DNA of 64,000 nt from SAR86 cluster bacterium (GCA_003331635.1 QOPH01000003.1:3145-67144); one strand, 5' to 3'. Shown: positions 38,781 to 49,912, numbered from the stretch's first letter. The notes: generated from the letters alone by a model not told the origin. Numbers and translations are program-made.

Positions 38781-40542
38781 ATTTTTCAACAAATTCTTTA
38801 GGACAGTCAATGAGCTTTGTACCTAGATATTCTCCAAGACTTTTGGCCTGCCCATCTTTCCTATTATTAGATGATACCCCATTTTCAAGTATTCCTTTGA
38901 CATAAAAATTTAGTGCAAAAATGTTAGGAAGTTCATATCTTTCAATTTCAAAACACTCAAGATCAGGTAATAATTTTTTTAATTGTTCTACGGTTAAAAA
39001 ATGGTAGAGATAAGAATAACTTGAAGCATCTTTTGCCCATACACCTAAATTTGCACACCCACCTTTGTCACCCGAACGTGTTCCAAAAATTCTTCCAAAA
39101 TTTATTTTTTCAATATCCTTTGAAACATATTCATCAATGTTGATTTTTTCTAAGTTAATTGGCTGTTCTTGATGCTTTTCGATTTCTATAACTTCAGATT
39201 CATTATTGAAATGAAGTTTTTCTTTCACATTCTTTGAATCAACTAAGGCAGGCCAATATGAAATAAAGGGCGAAGCTTGTTTAATTTCACTTTGAGCAGT
39301 CCATCCAGGGTAGTTGGCAAGAGCTAGTTCTATTACTTTTGCACTAAATATTCTGCCAACTTTTTCTGGTGATGAGGATTTAACATCAATCTTTAAAATT
39401 GCCATAGCCTCTTCATTAGTTAACGGCTCCTTCTTGTCTGTTCTAATTAATTGAATGGAGACATCATCGAATTCATCCTTACCTCCGAGAGAGCGGAACA
39501 ATTCATCAGTAAATATTCTCGCCTTCTCTTCAATGTCTAAACCTGTAACAATAAGCTCCATACTATTTTTATAGCCACCAGCCAGATTTATACATGCCTT
39601 GTGTTTGTTTGTTGGAGGAGATCCTTTGACGTTTGAAATAAATACTTTGTCATCACCTAAATCTTCAATTTTTAATGAGTCAAAGTGAGCTATTACATCT
39701 GGGCTAAGATATTTTGGGGATGAAATTTCATAAAGTAATTGAGCAGTAACTGTACCTGTTGACACCAATCCACCAGTCCCTTTGTGTTTATATATTTTAA
39801 AATTGCCTGATTCTTCAATTTCTGCAATTGGGAATCCGACATTTTGAAATGAGGGAACTTCTTTAAAAAATGAATAGTTGCCACCTGTAGCTTGAGCCCC
39901 ACACTCTATAATATGCCCAGCAGCCAGTGAACCAGCCAATTTATCATAGTCATCTCTAGACCAATTAAATTTCCAAGCTGCAGGCCCCATAACTAATGCT
40001 GCGTCTGTAACTCTCGGACAAATTACTATATCTGCACCCTCATCAAGAGCCTTTTTAATGCCCCAACATCCTAGATAATAATTTGCAGAAACTGCTGGAA
40101 GATTTTGATTGAATAGCGAAGCTCCAGTATCTAAATTTTTAAGCTCTTCTCCATTTTTTTTCAGCTCATCAAATTTATCCATAAAGTCATCACCATCTAT
40201 GTATGCAACTTTTAGATTTAGCCCCTCAGAATCAAGAATATTTTTAACTTCATCAGCCATACTTTTTGGGTTGAGTCCGCCAGCATTAGATACGACTTTA
40301 ATATTTTTTTCTGAACAAGAAGAGGCAATTTGTTTTAACTGCTTTAAGAAAGTTCCCACATATCCAGCTTTTTCTCCTCTTTGTATTTTTTGACCATATA
40401 GAATAGCCATGGTCAGCTCTGCTAGGTAGTCACCTGTAAGAACATCAATTGGACCACCATCAACCATTTCTTTTGCAGCAGATAGCCTATCACCATAGAA
40501 TCCACTACAGTTAGCAATTTTGATTGTATTTTTACTCATCAA
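38770..40542 (-). CDS. atuA: Acyclic terpene utilization AtuA family protein
   Basis: 'IANCSGFYGDR', 'DYLAELTM', 'NAGGLNP', 'GHIIECGAQATGGN', C-terminal 'RSGDKGG.ANLGV' and 'D.QAKSLG'. Confidence 0.9.
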   Translation of the reverse strand: MMSKNTIKIANCSGFYGDRLSAAKEMVDGGPIDVLTGDYLAELTMAILYGQKIQRGEKAGYVGTFLKQLKQIASSCSEKNIKVVSNAGGLNPKSMADEVKNILDSEGLNLKVAYIDGDDFMDKFDELKKNGEELKNLDTGASLFNQNLPAVSANYYLGCWGIKKALDEGADIVICPRVTDAALVMGPAAWKFNWSRDDYDKLAGSLAAGHIIECGAQATGGNYSFFKEVPSFQNVGFPIAEIEESGNFKIYKHKGTGGLVSTGTVTAQLLYEISSPKYLSPDVIAHFDSLKIEDLGDDKVFISNVKGSPPTNKHKACINLAGGYKNSMELIVTGLDIEEKARIFTDELFRSLGGKDEFDDVSIQLIRTDKKEPLTNEEAMAILKIDVKSSSPEKVGRIFSAKVIELALANYPGWTAQSEIKQASPFISYWPALVDSKNVKEKLHFNNESEVIEIEKHQEQPINLEKINIDEYVSKDIEKINFGRIFGTRSGDKGGCANLGVWAKDASSYSYLYHFLTVEQLKKLLPDLECFEIERYELPNIFALNFYVKGILENGVSSNNRKDGQAKSLGEYLGTKLIDCPKEFVEKYAN

Positions 40543-42476
40543 TCAATCTTAAGTAGGTTTGCACCACTTTCGACCTGATCTCCTGTTTTTACATACATTT
40601 CGGAAATTTTACCATCAGATACTGCTTTTACAGCATGTTCCATCTTCATAGCTTCAAGTATTAAAAGTGTCTCACCAGCTTTTACAGATTTATTTAATTT
40701 TGCATTAATCTTAATAATTTTGCCTGGCATAGGTGCTGTTAAGCTTCCTTCAGTAACTACCTCATTTGGATCATTAAAAGTTGGTAAAATTCTTAATATC
40801 AAATCCCCTTGACCAGAATTAATTGAAATACTTTCTCCAAATTTGGTGATAGCGGCATTTAGGATTGTTCCATCAATCTCACAGATTATTAAATTCTCAC
40901 TAACCTCAATCATTTCAATTTTTGAAAGTGAAATTCGTTCAAAGTGCTCTCTGTAAATTTCCAAAAAATTTCCAGTATTTGAATATTTGAAAATATACTC
41001 TTCATCATTTAATTGAAAGGATAGAGTAGACTTTGGCAATATTCCATTTGTCCAGTTTCTTGGTAAAAAATTAAGATTGCTATTATTAGTTTTTTGGTAA
41101 AATTGTAACCAAGCAATTGCAGCTTTCATACATCTATCCATATTTCCCTTATCCTTCAGAGGAAATAACTTCTTGTATTCCCGTTCAATAAAATCTGAGG
41201 TAGTTTTGCCGCTAAGAAATGATTTATTTTCTAGACATCCAATCAAAAAATCTTTATTTGTTATAACACCTGGTAGATGAATAGATTTTAGCTCTTTTGA
41301 TAAGATATTTGCTGATTCTTCCCTAGTCTCTGAGAACGAAATTACTTTTGCAAGCATGGGGTCAAAGTCTGGAGTAACTTTATCTCCTTTTTTGATTCCT
41401 GTGTCCCATCTAATATTTGCTGAGTTTGAAAAAGATAAGTTAGCAATAGTTCCAGTTTCAGGAAGAAAGTCATTATTGGGATTTTCAGCATAAAGTCTTG
41501 CCTCAATAGCATGGCCTTTAAAAACTATGTCTGATTGCTGGAATGAAAGTCTTTTTCCACTAGCAACCTTTATTTGTTCTTTAACAAGATCGATACCTGT
41601 TACCATTTCTGTAACTGGATGCTCAACTTGGAGACGAGTATTTACTTCTAAAAACCAAAATTCATTTGTATTTTCATCAAAAATAAATTCAACAGTTCCT
41701 GCAGATTTATAGTTTAATTTTTTAGCTAACTCAACAGCTGTACTTGTAATATTTTTTCTTAGGTCTTCAGTAAGCCTTAAAGAGGGACTTTCTTCTATAA
41801 TTTTTTGATGCCTTCTTTGAATTGAGCATTCTCTCTCACCAAGATGTATTACATTCCCGAAATTATCACCTAATATTTGAACCTCAATATGCCTAGATTT
41901 TTCAATGAACTTCTCTAAAAAGACTCTGTTATCTCCAAAACTTGATTTAGCCTCTCTTTTGGCTGCTGCTACAGAGTCATCAAGTTCTTTTGGTGAATTA
42001 ACTACTCTCATTCCTTTACCACCACCTCCTGCAGAGGCCTTTACTAAAATTGGATAACCTATTTTTTTGGCATCAGAGAGTTTAGAGGTTTTGCTGAGTG
42101 TTGGAATATTTTGTTTTACACAAAAATTTTTGGAATTAATTTTGTCTCCCATTAATTCAATTGTTTCTGCGTCCGGCCCAATCCAAACAATCTTTTCATT
42201 TTTAACTTTTTTGCAAAACTCTGCATTTTCAGATAAAAACCCATAGCCAGGATGTATTGCATCTACATTAAATTGCTTTGCTTTATTAATAATTTCATTT
42301 TGATCCATATATCCGTTATCGAGTTTAAATGCATGGTCAGAATTCTGAACATATACAGAGTTTTTATCAATTTCCACATACATAGCAACAGCTTCTAAGC
42401 CCATTTCTTTAATAGTTTTAATAATTCTGAGAGCAATTTCGCCTCTATTTGCTACAAGGATTTTTTTAAGCTTCAT
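40539..42476 (-). CDS. Acyl-CoA carboxylase biotin carboxylase/BCCP subunit (geranyl-CoA/methylcrotonyl-CoA type)
   Basis: ILVANRGEIA, HPGYGFLSEN, KASAGGGGKGMR, ERECSIQRRHQK, EVNTRLQVEHPVTE, biotinyl EAMKM. Confidence 0.94.
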   Translation of the reverse strand: MKLKKILVANRGEIALRIIKTIKEMGLEAVAMYVEIDKNSVYVQNSDHAFKLDNGYMDQNEIINKAKQFNVDAIHPGYGFLSENAEFCKKVKNEKIVWIGPDAETIELMGDKINSKNFCVKQNIPTLSKTSKLSDAKKIGYPILVKASAGGGGKGMRVVNSPKELDDSVAAAKREAKSSFGDNRVFLEKFIEKSRHIEVQILGDNFGNVIHLGERECSIQRRHQKIIEESPSLRLTEDLRKNITSTAVELAKKLNYKSAGTVEFIFDENTNEFWFLEVNTRLQVEHPVTEMVTGIDLVKEQIKVASGKRLSFQQSDIVFKGHAIEARLYAENPNNDFLPETGTIANLSFSNSANIRWDTGIKKGDKVTPDFDPMLAKVISFSETREESANILSKELKSIHLPGVITNKDFLIGCLENKSFLSGKTTSDFIEREYKKLFPLKDKGNMDRCMKAAIAWLQFYQKTNNSNLNFLPRNWTNGILPKSTLSFQLNDEEYIFKYSNTGNFLEIYREHFERISLSKIEMIEVSENLIICEIDGTILNAAITKFGESISINSGQGDLILRILPTFNDPNEVVTEGSLTAPMPGKIIKINAKLNKSVKAGETLLILEAMKMEHAVKAVSDGKISEMYVKTGDQVESGANLLKID

Positions 42477-44116
42477 AGTCTGAAAACTCCATATCCATCA
42501 GCACCTTTAATTAAATTATTGTCTGAGATTGAAAGTGAAAATCCTAAAACATTTCTAGTATCTCTTGGATCAATAATTCCATCATCAGTAACCATGCTGC
42601 TGGCTGAAAGAGCTAAAGATTCTTTTTCAGCTAATGTTTCAATCATTTCAACAAGCTGTTTATCAAGTTTTTCATCAAATTTTTCACCCTTTCTTTTTGC
42701 CTTTGCTCTTCTTACTAAAGACATCACACCTGCAAATTGTTTAGGCCCCATAACAGCTATTTTTGCTGATGGCCATGTGAACAAAAATCTATTATTAAAT
42801 GCTCTGCCTGACATAGCATAAGTTCCTGCACCATATGAAGCACCAATAATGAAGCTTATATGAGGAACATTTGAATTAGATACTGCATTTATAAGTTGAG
42901 AACCCTTTTTTATAATTGCTTGTCTCTCGAACTCTTTGCCAACAAGAAACCCTGTAACATTGTGAAGGAAGACAATAGGAGTATTCGTTTGGTTACAAAG
43001 CTGAATAAACGTTGCTGATTTTTCAGCTGTTTCAGGATATATGGGACCATTATTTCCTAAAATACCTATAGGATAACCAAAGACATTTGCCCAACCACAA
43101 ACCATAGAGCTATCGTAAAGATGCTTATACTCCTCAAATCTTGAATCATCAACAATTCTCATTATTACTTCGCGGATATCAACTTGAGTTTTTAAATCAT
43201 CACTGAATAAACCAAGAAGACCCTCTGAGTCAAAAGCAGGCTCACATGAAGTCTTTAAAGAGAAGTTAGTTTTCTTATTAATATTTAGATGATTAACAAC
43301 ATTTCTACAAATTCTAATTGCATCATTGTCATTCTCTGCTAAGTAGTCAGAAAAACCTGATATTTCAGAATGCATTTTTGCCCCACCTAGTGTTTCGTCA
43401 TCAGAAATTTCTCCAGTTGCCATTTGAACTAGGGGAGGGCCGGCTAGAAAAGCTTTAGATTGGTTTCTTATAAAAATGTTGTAATCTGACATTCCTGGCT
43501 GATATGCCCCCCCAGCTGTTGATGAGCCAAAGACTACAGAAATTACTGGAATTTTTAATTTTGATAACTCTGTCATTTCATAGAAAGACCTGCCTGACGA
43601 AGCAAAATGAGGATATTGAAGCTGTCTTGTTTCCGTTGCACCACCTTGGGCACCTCTTAAATCTGCACCTGCAGATTCAACAAAGTTGATAAATGGAATT
43701 TTATTTTCACGAGAAATTTGAATTGCTCTCATCCATTTTTCTTGGACATAAACTGTCATCGCACCACCCAAAACTGAGGGATCATTTGCAAAAATTACAC
43801 ACTCTTTACCAGCAACAAGACCAACTCCTACAACACAACCACCTCCAACTGTATAGCTGGTTCCGTGTGCGGCAAAAGGGGATATTTCAAGAAAAGGAGT
43901 ATCTGGATCTAAAAGGAGCTTAACTCTGTCTCTTACTGGGAGCTTTCCTTGTTTTGCTAACCTATCAAGGTGATATTGACCACCTCCTAGTTTAGCTTCT
44001 TTTAAAAGAGCATTAAGCTTCCCAATTTTTTCAAGCATTATTTCCTTATTTTTAATAAAGGAATCTGAGCTTTTATCAATTGATGATTTTAATTTAGGTG
44101 CGATATTTTTATACAT
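42473..44116 (-). CDS. Acyl-CoA carboxylase carboxyltransferase subunit (AtuC-like)
   Basis: 'RDRV.LLLDPD.PFLE', 'ESAGADL', 'GSSTAGGAY.PGM', 'LGGAKMH', 'GASYGAG.YAM.GR'. Confidence 0.92.
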   Translation of the reverse strand: MYKNIAPKLKSSIDKSSDSFIKNKEIMLEKIGKLNALLKEAKLGGGQYHLDRLAKQGKLPVRDRVKLLLDPDTPFLEISPFAAHGTSYTVGGGCVVGVGLVAGKECVIFANDPSVLGGAMTVYVQEKWMRAIQISRENKIPFINFVESAGADLRGAQGGATETRQLQYPHFASSGRSFYEMTELSKLKIPVISVVFGSSTAGGAYQPGMSDYNIFIRNQSKAFLAGPPLVQMATGEISDDETLGGAKMHSEISGFSDYLAENDNDAIRICRNVVNHLNINKKTNFSLKTSCEPAFDSEGLLGLFSDDLKTQVDIREVIMRIVDDSRFEEYKHLYDSSMVCGWANVFGYPIGILGNNGPIYPETAEKSATFIQLCNQTNTPIVFLHNVTGFLVGKEFERQAIIKKGSQLINAVSNSNVPHISFIIGASYGAGTYAMSGRAFNNRFLFTWPSAKIAVMGPKQFAGVMSLVRRAKAKRKGEKFDEKLDKQLVEMIETLAEKESLALSASSMVTDDGIIDPRDTRNVLGFSLSISDNNLIKGADGYGVFRL

Positions 44117-44190
44117 TTACGCAAATTATATAATAAATTTTTACTTAATTAAGAAAAAAAATTTTATAAACTTCGCATAATATTAAAGAA

Positions 44191-45669
44191 TTAATTAAGA
44201 TCTAAATATTGAATATCAAGAAGAGAATTTTTGATTTTTAAATCCTCTTGAAAAAGATTAACTTGCATGTTTATCTCTTTTATTTTGTCTAAATTCAATA
44301 GCTCTTTTTCTTCGCCAATGTCTGTTGTTAAATTAAAGAGAATTGGAACTTCATGCTCCATACGTTTAGGAGGAAGATTATAAGCACCCTGAGTAATGAA
44401 ATGAATTTTATGATTTTTGTATCTAAATGCTCTTAATTCAGAACCAACGAAGTAGGGTATTATTTGCCTTGGACTCTGTTCTAGGTATTTTAGTGTTTTT
44501 GATAAATCATAACTATCCTCTGGATAAAAGGGAGGTTCAATATCTGCCAAAGTCAATATTGTTGTGAAAAAATCTAATTGTGACCCAATATCTTTTACTA
44601 TTCCTGTCTTAATATTCGGCCCTTTAAAAATAGTCATAACTCTCATTCCTCCCTCAAAAGTAGTCCCTTTTCCATCTCTTAAAGGTTTTGCAGAACCAGC
44701 ATTATTTGGATAAAGAAGCCATGGTCCATTATCACTTGTAAAAATTACATACGTATTTTCTTCAATGCCAATATTTTTAATTTTCTTCATGATTTCTCCT
44801 ACGCTCCAGTCAATTTCTGCTAAAACGTCTGCGTATAAGCCTAGTTTTGTAGAGTCAACAAAACCATCTGATCTGAATAACGGTACATGTGGCATGCTAT
44901 GAGAAAGAAACAAAAAGAAACTCTTGTTATTTTTTGTAGATTTTTCGATAAATTTCAGACTTTCTTCTGTAAATCTTTTAGTGATCGAATGTTGATCAGC
45001 AGGTCTCTCAAGAGTTTTATCTGAAAATAATTTATTTGAATGTTTGATACTTTTATGTAAGGGAACATTCCAATCATCAATATTTGGATTTCTAATTTTT
45101 TCAACAATTTTAGGAGCAATTTCCCCATATTTTTCAAGAGCTAACGATGGATTCCTGAAGAGATATTCCAAGTCAATATCACCAACTTTCCAGTCCATAT
45201 CATTTGAATATGGAATTCCTACCCACTCATCAAACCCATGTCGAGTTGGCCAAAATTTTTTCTTGTCTCCCAGATGCCATTTTCCAAAAATACCAGTTGA
45301 ATATCCATTTTCATTCAAAACTTCTGGAAATGTGAGTTCTGAGTTAGGAATTCCTGTACCACTGCCTGGGAAAAATACCCCAATTGAATTGCCGTATAAA
45401 CCACTTCTTACAGGGAGTCTGCCAGTAAGTAAACCAGCTCTACTCGGAGTACAAACTGCTGATGATGCATAAAAATCAGTCCAAACCTGCCCACTATTCG
45501 AAAGTAAATCTATATTTGGAGTTTTAAGCCTTTTATCCTTATAGATTCCAACATCAGAGTAGCCCATATCATCTAAGTAAATAATGATGAAATTTGGTTT
45601 TGGATTATTTTCGGCATGAGAGAAAAAGCCTATAAAAAGCAAAATTAAGATTGCTATCTTTTTAAACAT
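44191..45669 (-). CDS. Formylglycine-dependent sulfatase (arylsulfatase-like)
   Basis: Signal peptide, DDMGY, CTPSRAGLLTGR, GKWHLG, PH.P, SDNG, GKG.T.EGG.RV. Confidence 0.94.
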   Translation of the reverse strand: MFKKIAILILLFIGFFSHAENNPKPNFIIIYLDDMGYSDVGIYKDKRLKTPNIDLLSNSGQVWTDFYASSAVCTPSRAGLLTGRLPVRSGLYGNSIGVFFPGSGTGIPNSELTFPEVLNENGYSTGIFGKWHLGDKKKFWPTRHGFDEWVGIPYSNDMDWKVGDIDLEYLFRNPSLALEKYGEIAPKIVEKIRNPNIDDWNVPLHKSIKHSNKLFSDKTLERPADQHSITKRFTEESLKFIEKSTKNNKSFFLFLSHSMPHVPLFRSDGFVDSTKLGLYADVLAEIDWSVGEIMKKIKNIGIEENTYVIFTSDNGPWLLYPNNAGSAKPLRDGKGTTFEGGMRVMTIFKGPNIKTGIVKDIGSQLDFFTTILTLADIEPPFYPEDSYDLSKTLKYLEQSPRQIIPYFVGSELRAFRYKNHKIHFITQGAYNLPPKRMEHEVPILFNLTTDIGEEKELLNLDKIKEINMQVNLFQEDLKIKNSLLDIQYLDLN

Positions 45670-47600
45670 TAATCCTTATAACTTAAGCCATGCCCATATT
45701 TGAATATAGGATTTTTTGTATCATCTGCTACATCAGGATTTTGGCTCTCAACTTCTTCCATAGATGATGGTATTTCAAAAGGTAATTTTCCTGACGGATT
45801 ATTATCTCCAAAAATAGTTTCAAGAATAACTTTATCTTGTACACCAAAAGTGCCTATAAGACCTAAGCTTTTTTCCTCTGCTGTTGTCAATATTGCTGGC
45901 CTATTTAAGTCTGAAATAATTATTAATTTTGACTCTTGTGAATACTTTTCAATTTTTGCATTAATTTCTTCATCATAATTCAAATCCATATTAGGAAACA
46001 TTGTGCTTAGCATGTTATCAAGAACCCTATCAATTCCAGATGGCTGGTTGCCGTTAAATACTGTGTTTAAGAATAAAAGGACATAATCCGCATTTTCGTG
46101 GCTATCAACAACATTTCCAAAATTTGCAGCCTCCTCTTTACTCATACCATCAACAAAGATATTTACGCTCTGAGGAAGTGGAAGTGTATTGTCTTTATTT
46201 GAAAGCAACACTACAGACTTCCGTTGCGCATCAAGGCCTTGTTCAATGTAATCTACTTTGTTGACAAGTTCTGAAACTAACCCCTCGTCAACAAAAGGAT
46301 CTTCGAATAAACCTAATTCAAATTTATTGGTTAAAATTCGTCTTACAGACACATCAATTCTTTCTTCACTAATTTTTCCCTCATTTACAAGATCAACAAC
46401 ATACTCTGGCTTATTTTCACCTCCATACTGATCTACACCTGCATTGATAGATTTTTCATATCTTTCACTTATGGAGAGATCATCAACTCCCCAATGCCTT
46501 CCTTCAATTACTCCCCAATCTGTACAAACAACACCTTCAAAATTCATCTGATCTCTTAACAGGTCTGTGAGAATATATTTATTAAAGGCCATTGCTACAT
46601 CTTCATCAGTTTGCCCTTTTGGTATTCCGTAATAGGGCATTACAACTTTCATTCCATTATCTATTGCTGCCTGGAAAGGCTTCAAATGGTAGTCAAAGTT
46701 ATTTCCTGGATAAATTTGATTTTCACCTGACTTTAGATGAGGGTCTAGTCCACCTTCTTGTGGCCCTCCACCTGGGAAATGCTTAACCATAGTATGAACA
46801 CTGCTTTTATCAATCTCATTTCCTTGAAATCCTTTTACATATGCAACTGTCATTTCAGACGAGAGGTCGGCATTAGAACCAAAAGTTCCAAAATTTCTTG
46901 CCCATCTTGGCTCTGTAGCCAAATCACTCATTGGATGAAGTCCTGTTCTAAAACCCATTGCACGATATTCAGCTGAAGCAATTTGTCCAAATTTAAAAAT
47001 TAAGTCTGTATCTCTTGTAGCCGCAAAACCAAGTTGTGATGGCCACTTAGAAATACCATCTAAGGAAAAAGCTGCTATGCCGCCTCCCCGAGGCACTTCA
47101 TGAAGGGGGTCGGTGCTGAATGTCACAGGAATCCCAAGTCTAGTTTCTTCCGCAACTTTTTGAAGCTGATTTAACCTTATTGCTATATCAATAGGTGCAG
47201 CTTCACCGTAAAAATTGAAGTGAGATATATGTTTTAAAGAAATAAATTCTTCCATTGAAACGCCACCACTCATTGCATCTAAAAAAGATTTGAATAAAGG
47301 GTCTGGCTTGATAAGAACGGGCGGATGAAACATTTGCCCAACCTTTTCTTCTAAAGTCATCTGCGAAAGTAAGTCTTCAACTCTAGATTCAACTGGTTGT
47401 CTCGAGTCCTCATATATATCTAACTCGCCATTTTTGTTTAGATCTCTGTATAGAAAGCTATCTTCTATTTTGTTTTCCACTTCACCACTTGAATTAAGTA
47501 AGACTTTAGCATGGCTTATGGGCTTTAAATAAATGTTTAAAGCCCACAAGAATGCTGCGACAACTAACAGATAGAGGGTATATTTACCTATTTTATTCAT
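45669..47600 (-). CDS. GH3 beta-glucosidase-like glycoside hydrolase
   Basis: 'MTLEEKVGQM', 'RLGIP...TDP.H', 'KHFPG.G', nucleophile VCTDWG, 'PSGKLPFE.P', 'FKYGHGLSY'. Confidence 0.93.
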   Translation of the reverse strand: MNKIGKYTLYLLVVAAFLWALNIYLKPISHAKVLLNSSGEVENKIEDSFLYRDLNKNGELDIYEDSRQPVESRVEDLLSQMTLEEKVGQMFHPPVLIKPDPLFKSFLDAMSGGVSMEEFISLKHISHFNFYGEAAPIDIAIRLNQLQKVAEETRLGIPVTFSTDPLHEVPRGGGIAAFSLDGISKWPSQLGFAATRDTDLIFKFGQIASAEYRAMGFRTGLHPMSDLATEPRWARNFGTFGSNADLSSEMTVAYVKGFQGNEIDKSSVHTMVKHFPGGGPQEGGLDPHLKSGENQIYPGNNFDYHLKPFQAAIDNGMKVVMPYYGIPKGQTDEDVAMAFNKYILTDLLRDQMNFEGVVCTDWGVIEGRHWGVDDLSISERYEKSINAGVDQYGGENKPEYVVDLVNEGKISEERIDVSVRRILTNKFELGLFEDPFVDEGLVSELVNKVDYIEQGLDAQRKSVVLLSNKDNTLPLPQSVNIFVDGMSKEEAANFGNVVDSHENADYVLLFLNTVFNGNQPSGIDRVLDNMLSTMFPNMDLNYDEEINAKIEKYSQESKLIIISDLNRPAILTTAEEKSLGLIGTFGVQDKVILETIFGDNNPSGKLPFEIPSSMEEVESQNPDVADDTKNPIFKYGHGLSYKD

Positions 47601-47614
47601 CGCGATAACTTAAA

Positions 47615-49864
47615 TTATTCTCCACCTATGGTGTACTTGAGGTTTACACCCCATAGTCGTTGATGATCATGATTTAAATACATTTGATCACCTAGAAGTC
47701 CACCTGATGTGTAGTTATTTACATAGAATTCATCCATTACATTCCTTGCAAATACCTCTATTGATAAGTTATTCATCATTTCATAACCTACAGATGCATT
47801 AAGTAGTCCAAAACTTTCAACAATACTATTTGGGTATTGATTCCAGCTACTTTGGAATTCATCTTGATATCTGTAAGAACCAGTAATGAACATATTATTT
47901 GCTACCATTGGAACATCATATCTAAACCCAACTGACATTTTGAAATCTGGAGAAAGCGGAACTTCACCACCTGCAAGATCTTGTGAACCACCTACACAAC
48001 CTAGTGCTTCTGTTTGGCCAGCATAGCATTGCGCACCATTCCATGAATCAACAACTGCATCTACTAAAGCTAAACCTGCGTTAACAGTAAGGTTTTCAGC
48101 AGGACTTCCAAAAAGGTCTACCTCTAGACCGCTTGTTGATATTTCTCCAACGTTAGCTAGCCTAAATTGTAGTAAATCTTCAATGAAGCTCTGTTGTTGA
48201 TAATCATCAAATGTAGAATCAAAGTAAGTAACAGCTAAAATCATACTGTCATTAAGTACTTTTGTTTTCATACCGACCTCAAAGTTTGTTGAAGTCTCTG
48301 GCTCAACTGAGCCTCTGGCAGCAACAGCCGGAGTCATTTCAAAAATTATGTCCCAACCAGGAGATTTATAACCTGTAGAATATGTAGCAAAATACATAGT
48401 ATCAACATCAGTATTGTATTTAAGACCTAATCTGCCTGAAACATTGCTCTCTTCTCCAGAGTCAGAACCTTTAAAAGAAGGGATATTTGGAATTATGATT
48501 GGACCTGTTGGTCTATCATAATCGTAGCTTAGTTCATCATTTGTATATCTTAAACCGGCAATCAAGCTTAAATTCTCAGATAATTCATATGAAGTATCGC
48601 CATACAAAGCCCAGTTTGTTGAGTCTACAGTAGTGTTAAAGAAACCCGTACCATCAAATCCAATAGCAGGCCAAGTCACTCTTCTATTAAAGTTTCTAAA
48701 CAGATCTTGTGTGAAATAGAAGAATCCTAAGGTGTAATCTAAACCATTCACTGATTCAAGATTTGTAAGTTGGAATTCCTGAGTAAACTGTTGTGTATCG
48801 GTGATACCACCATTTCTTTGAATACCTACTGTCCAAGCTGCATCCCAGTGATTATCTACATCTTGTTCTGTAGCAATGCTTGAGTTTCTTGAAGAAGTAA
48901 TAGATTTAAAAACATGATTGTCTAAATCTCTTGTAACTGTAAGAGAAATACCAGAGTGTTCCATTTCGTTAAATGTTGGATTATTCATACATGTTGAAAA
49001 ATTTTCCTCTTCAGAAGGTACAACCCCACAAGCAGCGTTTGTCGCAACTGGATCTCCATCAATAAAGCCAGGCGCGGGCATTGATCTAAGTGTTGAAGCG
49101 ATACCAGTTCTAAATTGATTTTCATAGTCAGCAGTCAGTAAAACTTCTGTCCCATCATCGAAATTCCATAGCAATTTGCCTCTGAACCCTTCAGAATCAT
49201 TACCATTCATCAACTCCTCTACAGAGCTATCAAGTTTGTGATATTCATTAGTTATAAAGCCATCACGAAACTTATTGAAAACTGTAAATCTTCCAGCAGC
49301 ATTTCCAAAAACAGGACCATTGAAAGCAGCAGTGAAGTTTCTTTCATTATTGCTACCTAATTGAACATATATATCGGTTGAAGCAACATCAGTAGGGTCC
49401 TTAGTAACAATATTAATTACACCACCCGATGCATTTTTTCCAAAAAGAGTTCCCTGCGGTCCTCGAAGAATCTCAATTCTTTCGATATCAACAAGGTTTG
49501 TTAAGAAGTTGTATGTTCTTCCAAGAACTACTCCATCAAGCACAGCTGAAACAGTCGGTTCAACTCCTGATTGAAATAATGAAGTACCTATACCTCTAAT
49601 GTAAATTCCGTCACCTCTCATACCAGCTGTTCTGTTATATGTCACGGATGGCGATGCTTGAACAATTTCTTGCACATATCCAGCTCTAGCAATTTCTAAA
49701 GCTTCACCTGATACAGTTGTCACAGAAACAGGAACATCAACATATCGTTCCTCTTTTTTCTGTGCAGTTACGATTACTTCTTCTACCCCTTCATTATTGT
49801 CTTGTGCAAAAATAAAAGAATTCAGTAGAAAAGCAATAAAGAATAAATTTCTTACTTTCAACAT
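47615..49864 (-). CDS. TonB-dependent outer membrane receptor
   Basis: Signal peptide from the ATG at 49864, TonB box EEVIVTAQK, plug 'DIERIEILRGPQGTLFGKNASGG.INI', beta-barrel patterning. Confidence 0.95.
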   Translation of the reverse strand: MLKVRNLFFIAFLLNSFIFAQDNNEGVEEVIVTAQKKEERYVDVPVSVTTVSGEALEIARAGYVQEIVQASPSVTYNRTAGMRGDGIYIRGIGTSLFQSGVEPTVSAVLDGVVLGRTYNFLTNLVDIERIEILRGPQGTLFGKNASGGVINIVTKDPTDVASTDIYVQLGSNNERNFTAAFNGPVFGNAAGRFTVFNKFRDGFITNEYHKLDSSVEELMNGNDSEGFRGKLLWNFDDGTEVLLTADYENQFRTGIASTLRSMPAPGFIDGDPVATNAACGVVPSEEENFSTCMNNPTFNEMEHSGISLTVTRDLDNHVFKSITSSRNSSIATEQDVDNHWDAAWTVGIQRNGGITDTQQFTQEFQLTNLESVNGLDYTLGFFYFTQDLFRNFNRRVTWPAIGFDGTGFFNTTVDSTNWALYGDTSYELSENLSLIAGLRYTNDELSYDYDRPTGPIIIPNIPSFKGSDSGEESNVSGRLGLKYNTDVDTMYFATYSTGYKSPGWDIIFEMTPAVAARGSVEPETSTNFEVGMKTKVLNDSMILAVTYFDSTFDDYQQQSFIEDLLQFRLANVGEISTSGLEVDLFGSPAENLTVNAGLALVDAVVDSWNGAQCYAGQTEALGCVGGSQDLAGGEVPLSPDFKMSVGFRYDVPMVANNMFITGSYRYQDEFQSSWNQYPNSIVESFGLLNASVGYEMMNNLSIEVFARNVMDEFYVNNYTSGGLLGDQMYLNHDHQRLWGVNLKYTIGGE

Positions 49865-49912
49865 AATTACCCCCATAATTTGTTTAAGTATTAATAAAAT
49901 TGTACTTATTTT

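Noticed and set aside
47615-47640. TonB receptor ends in YTIGGE rather than a terminal Phe
   Set aside because: Short extensions after the last beta-strand occur in other receptors and the frame is intact.
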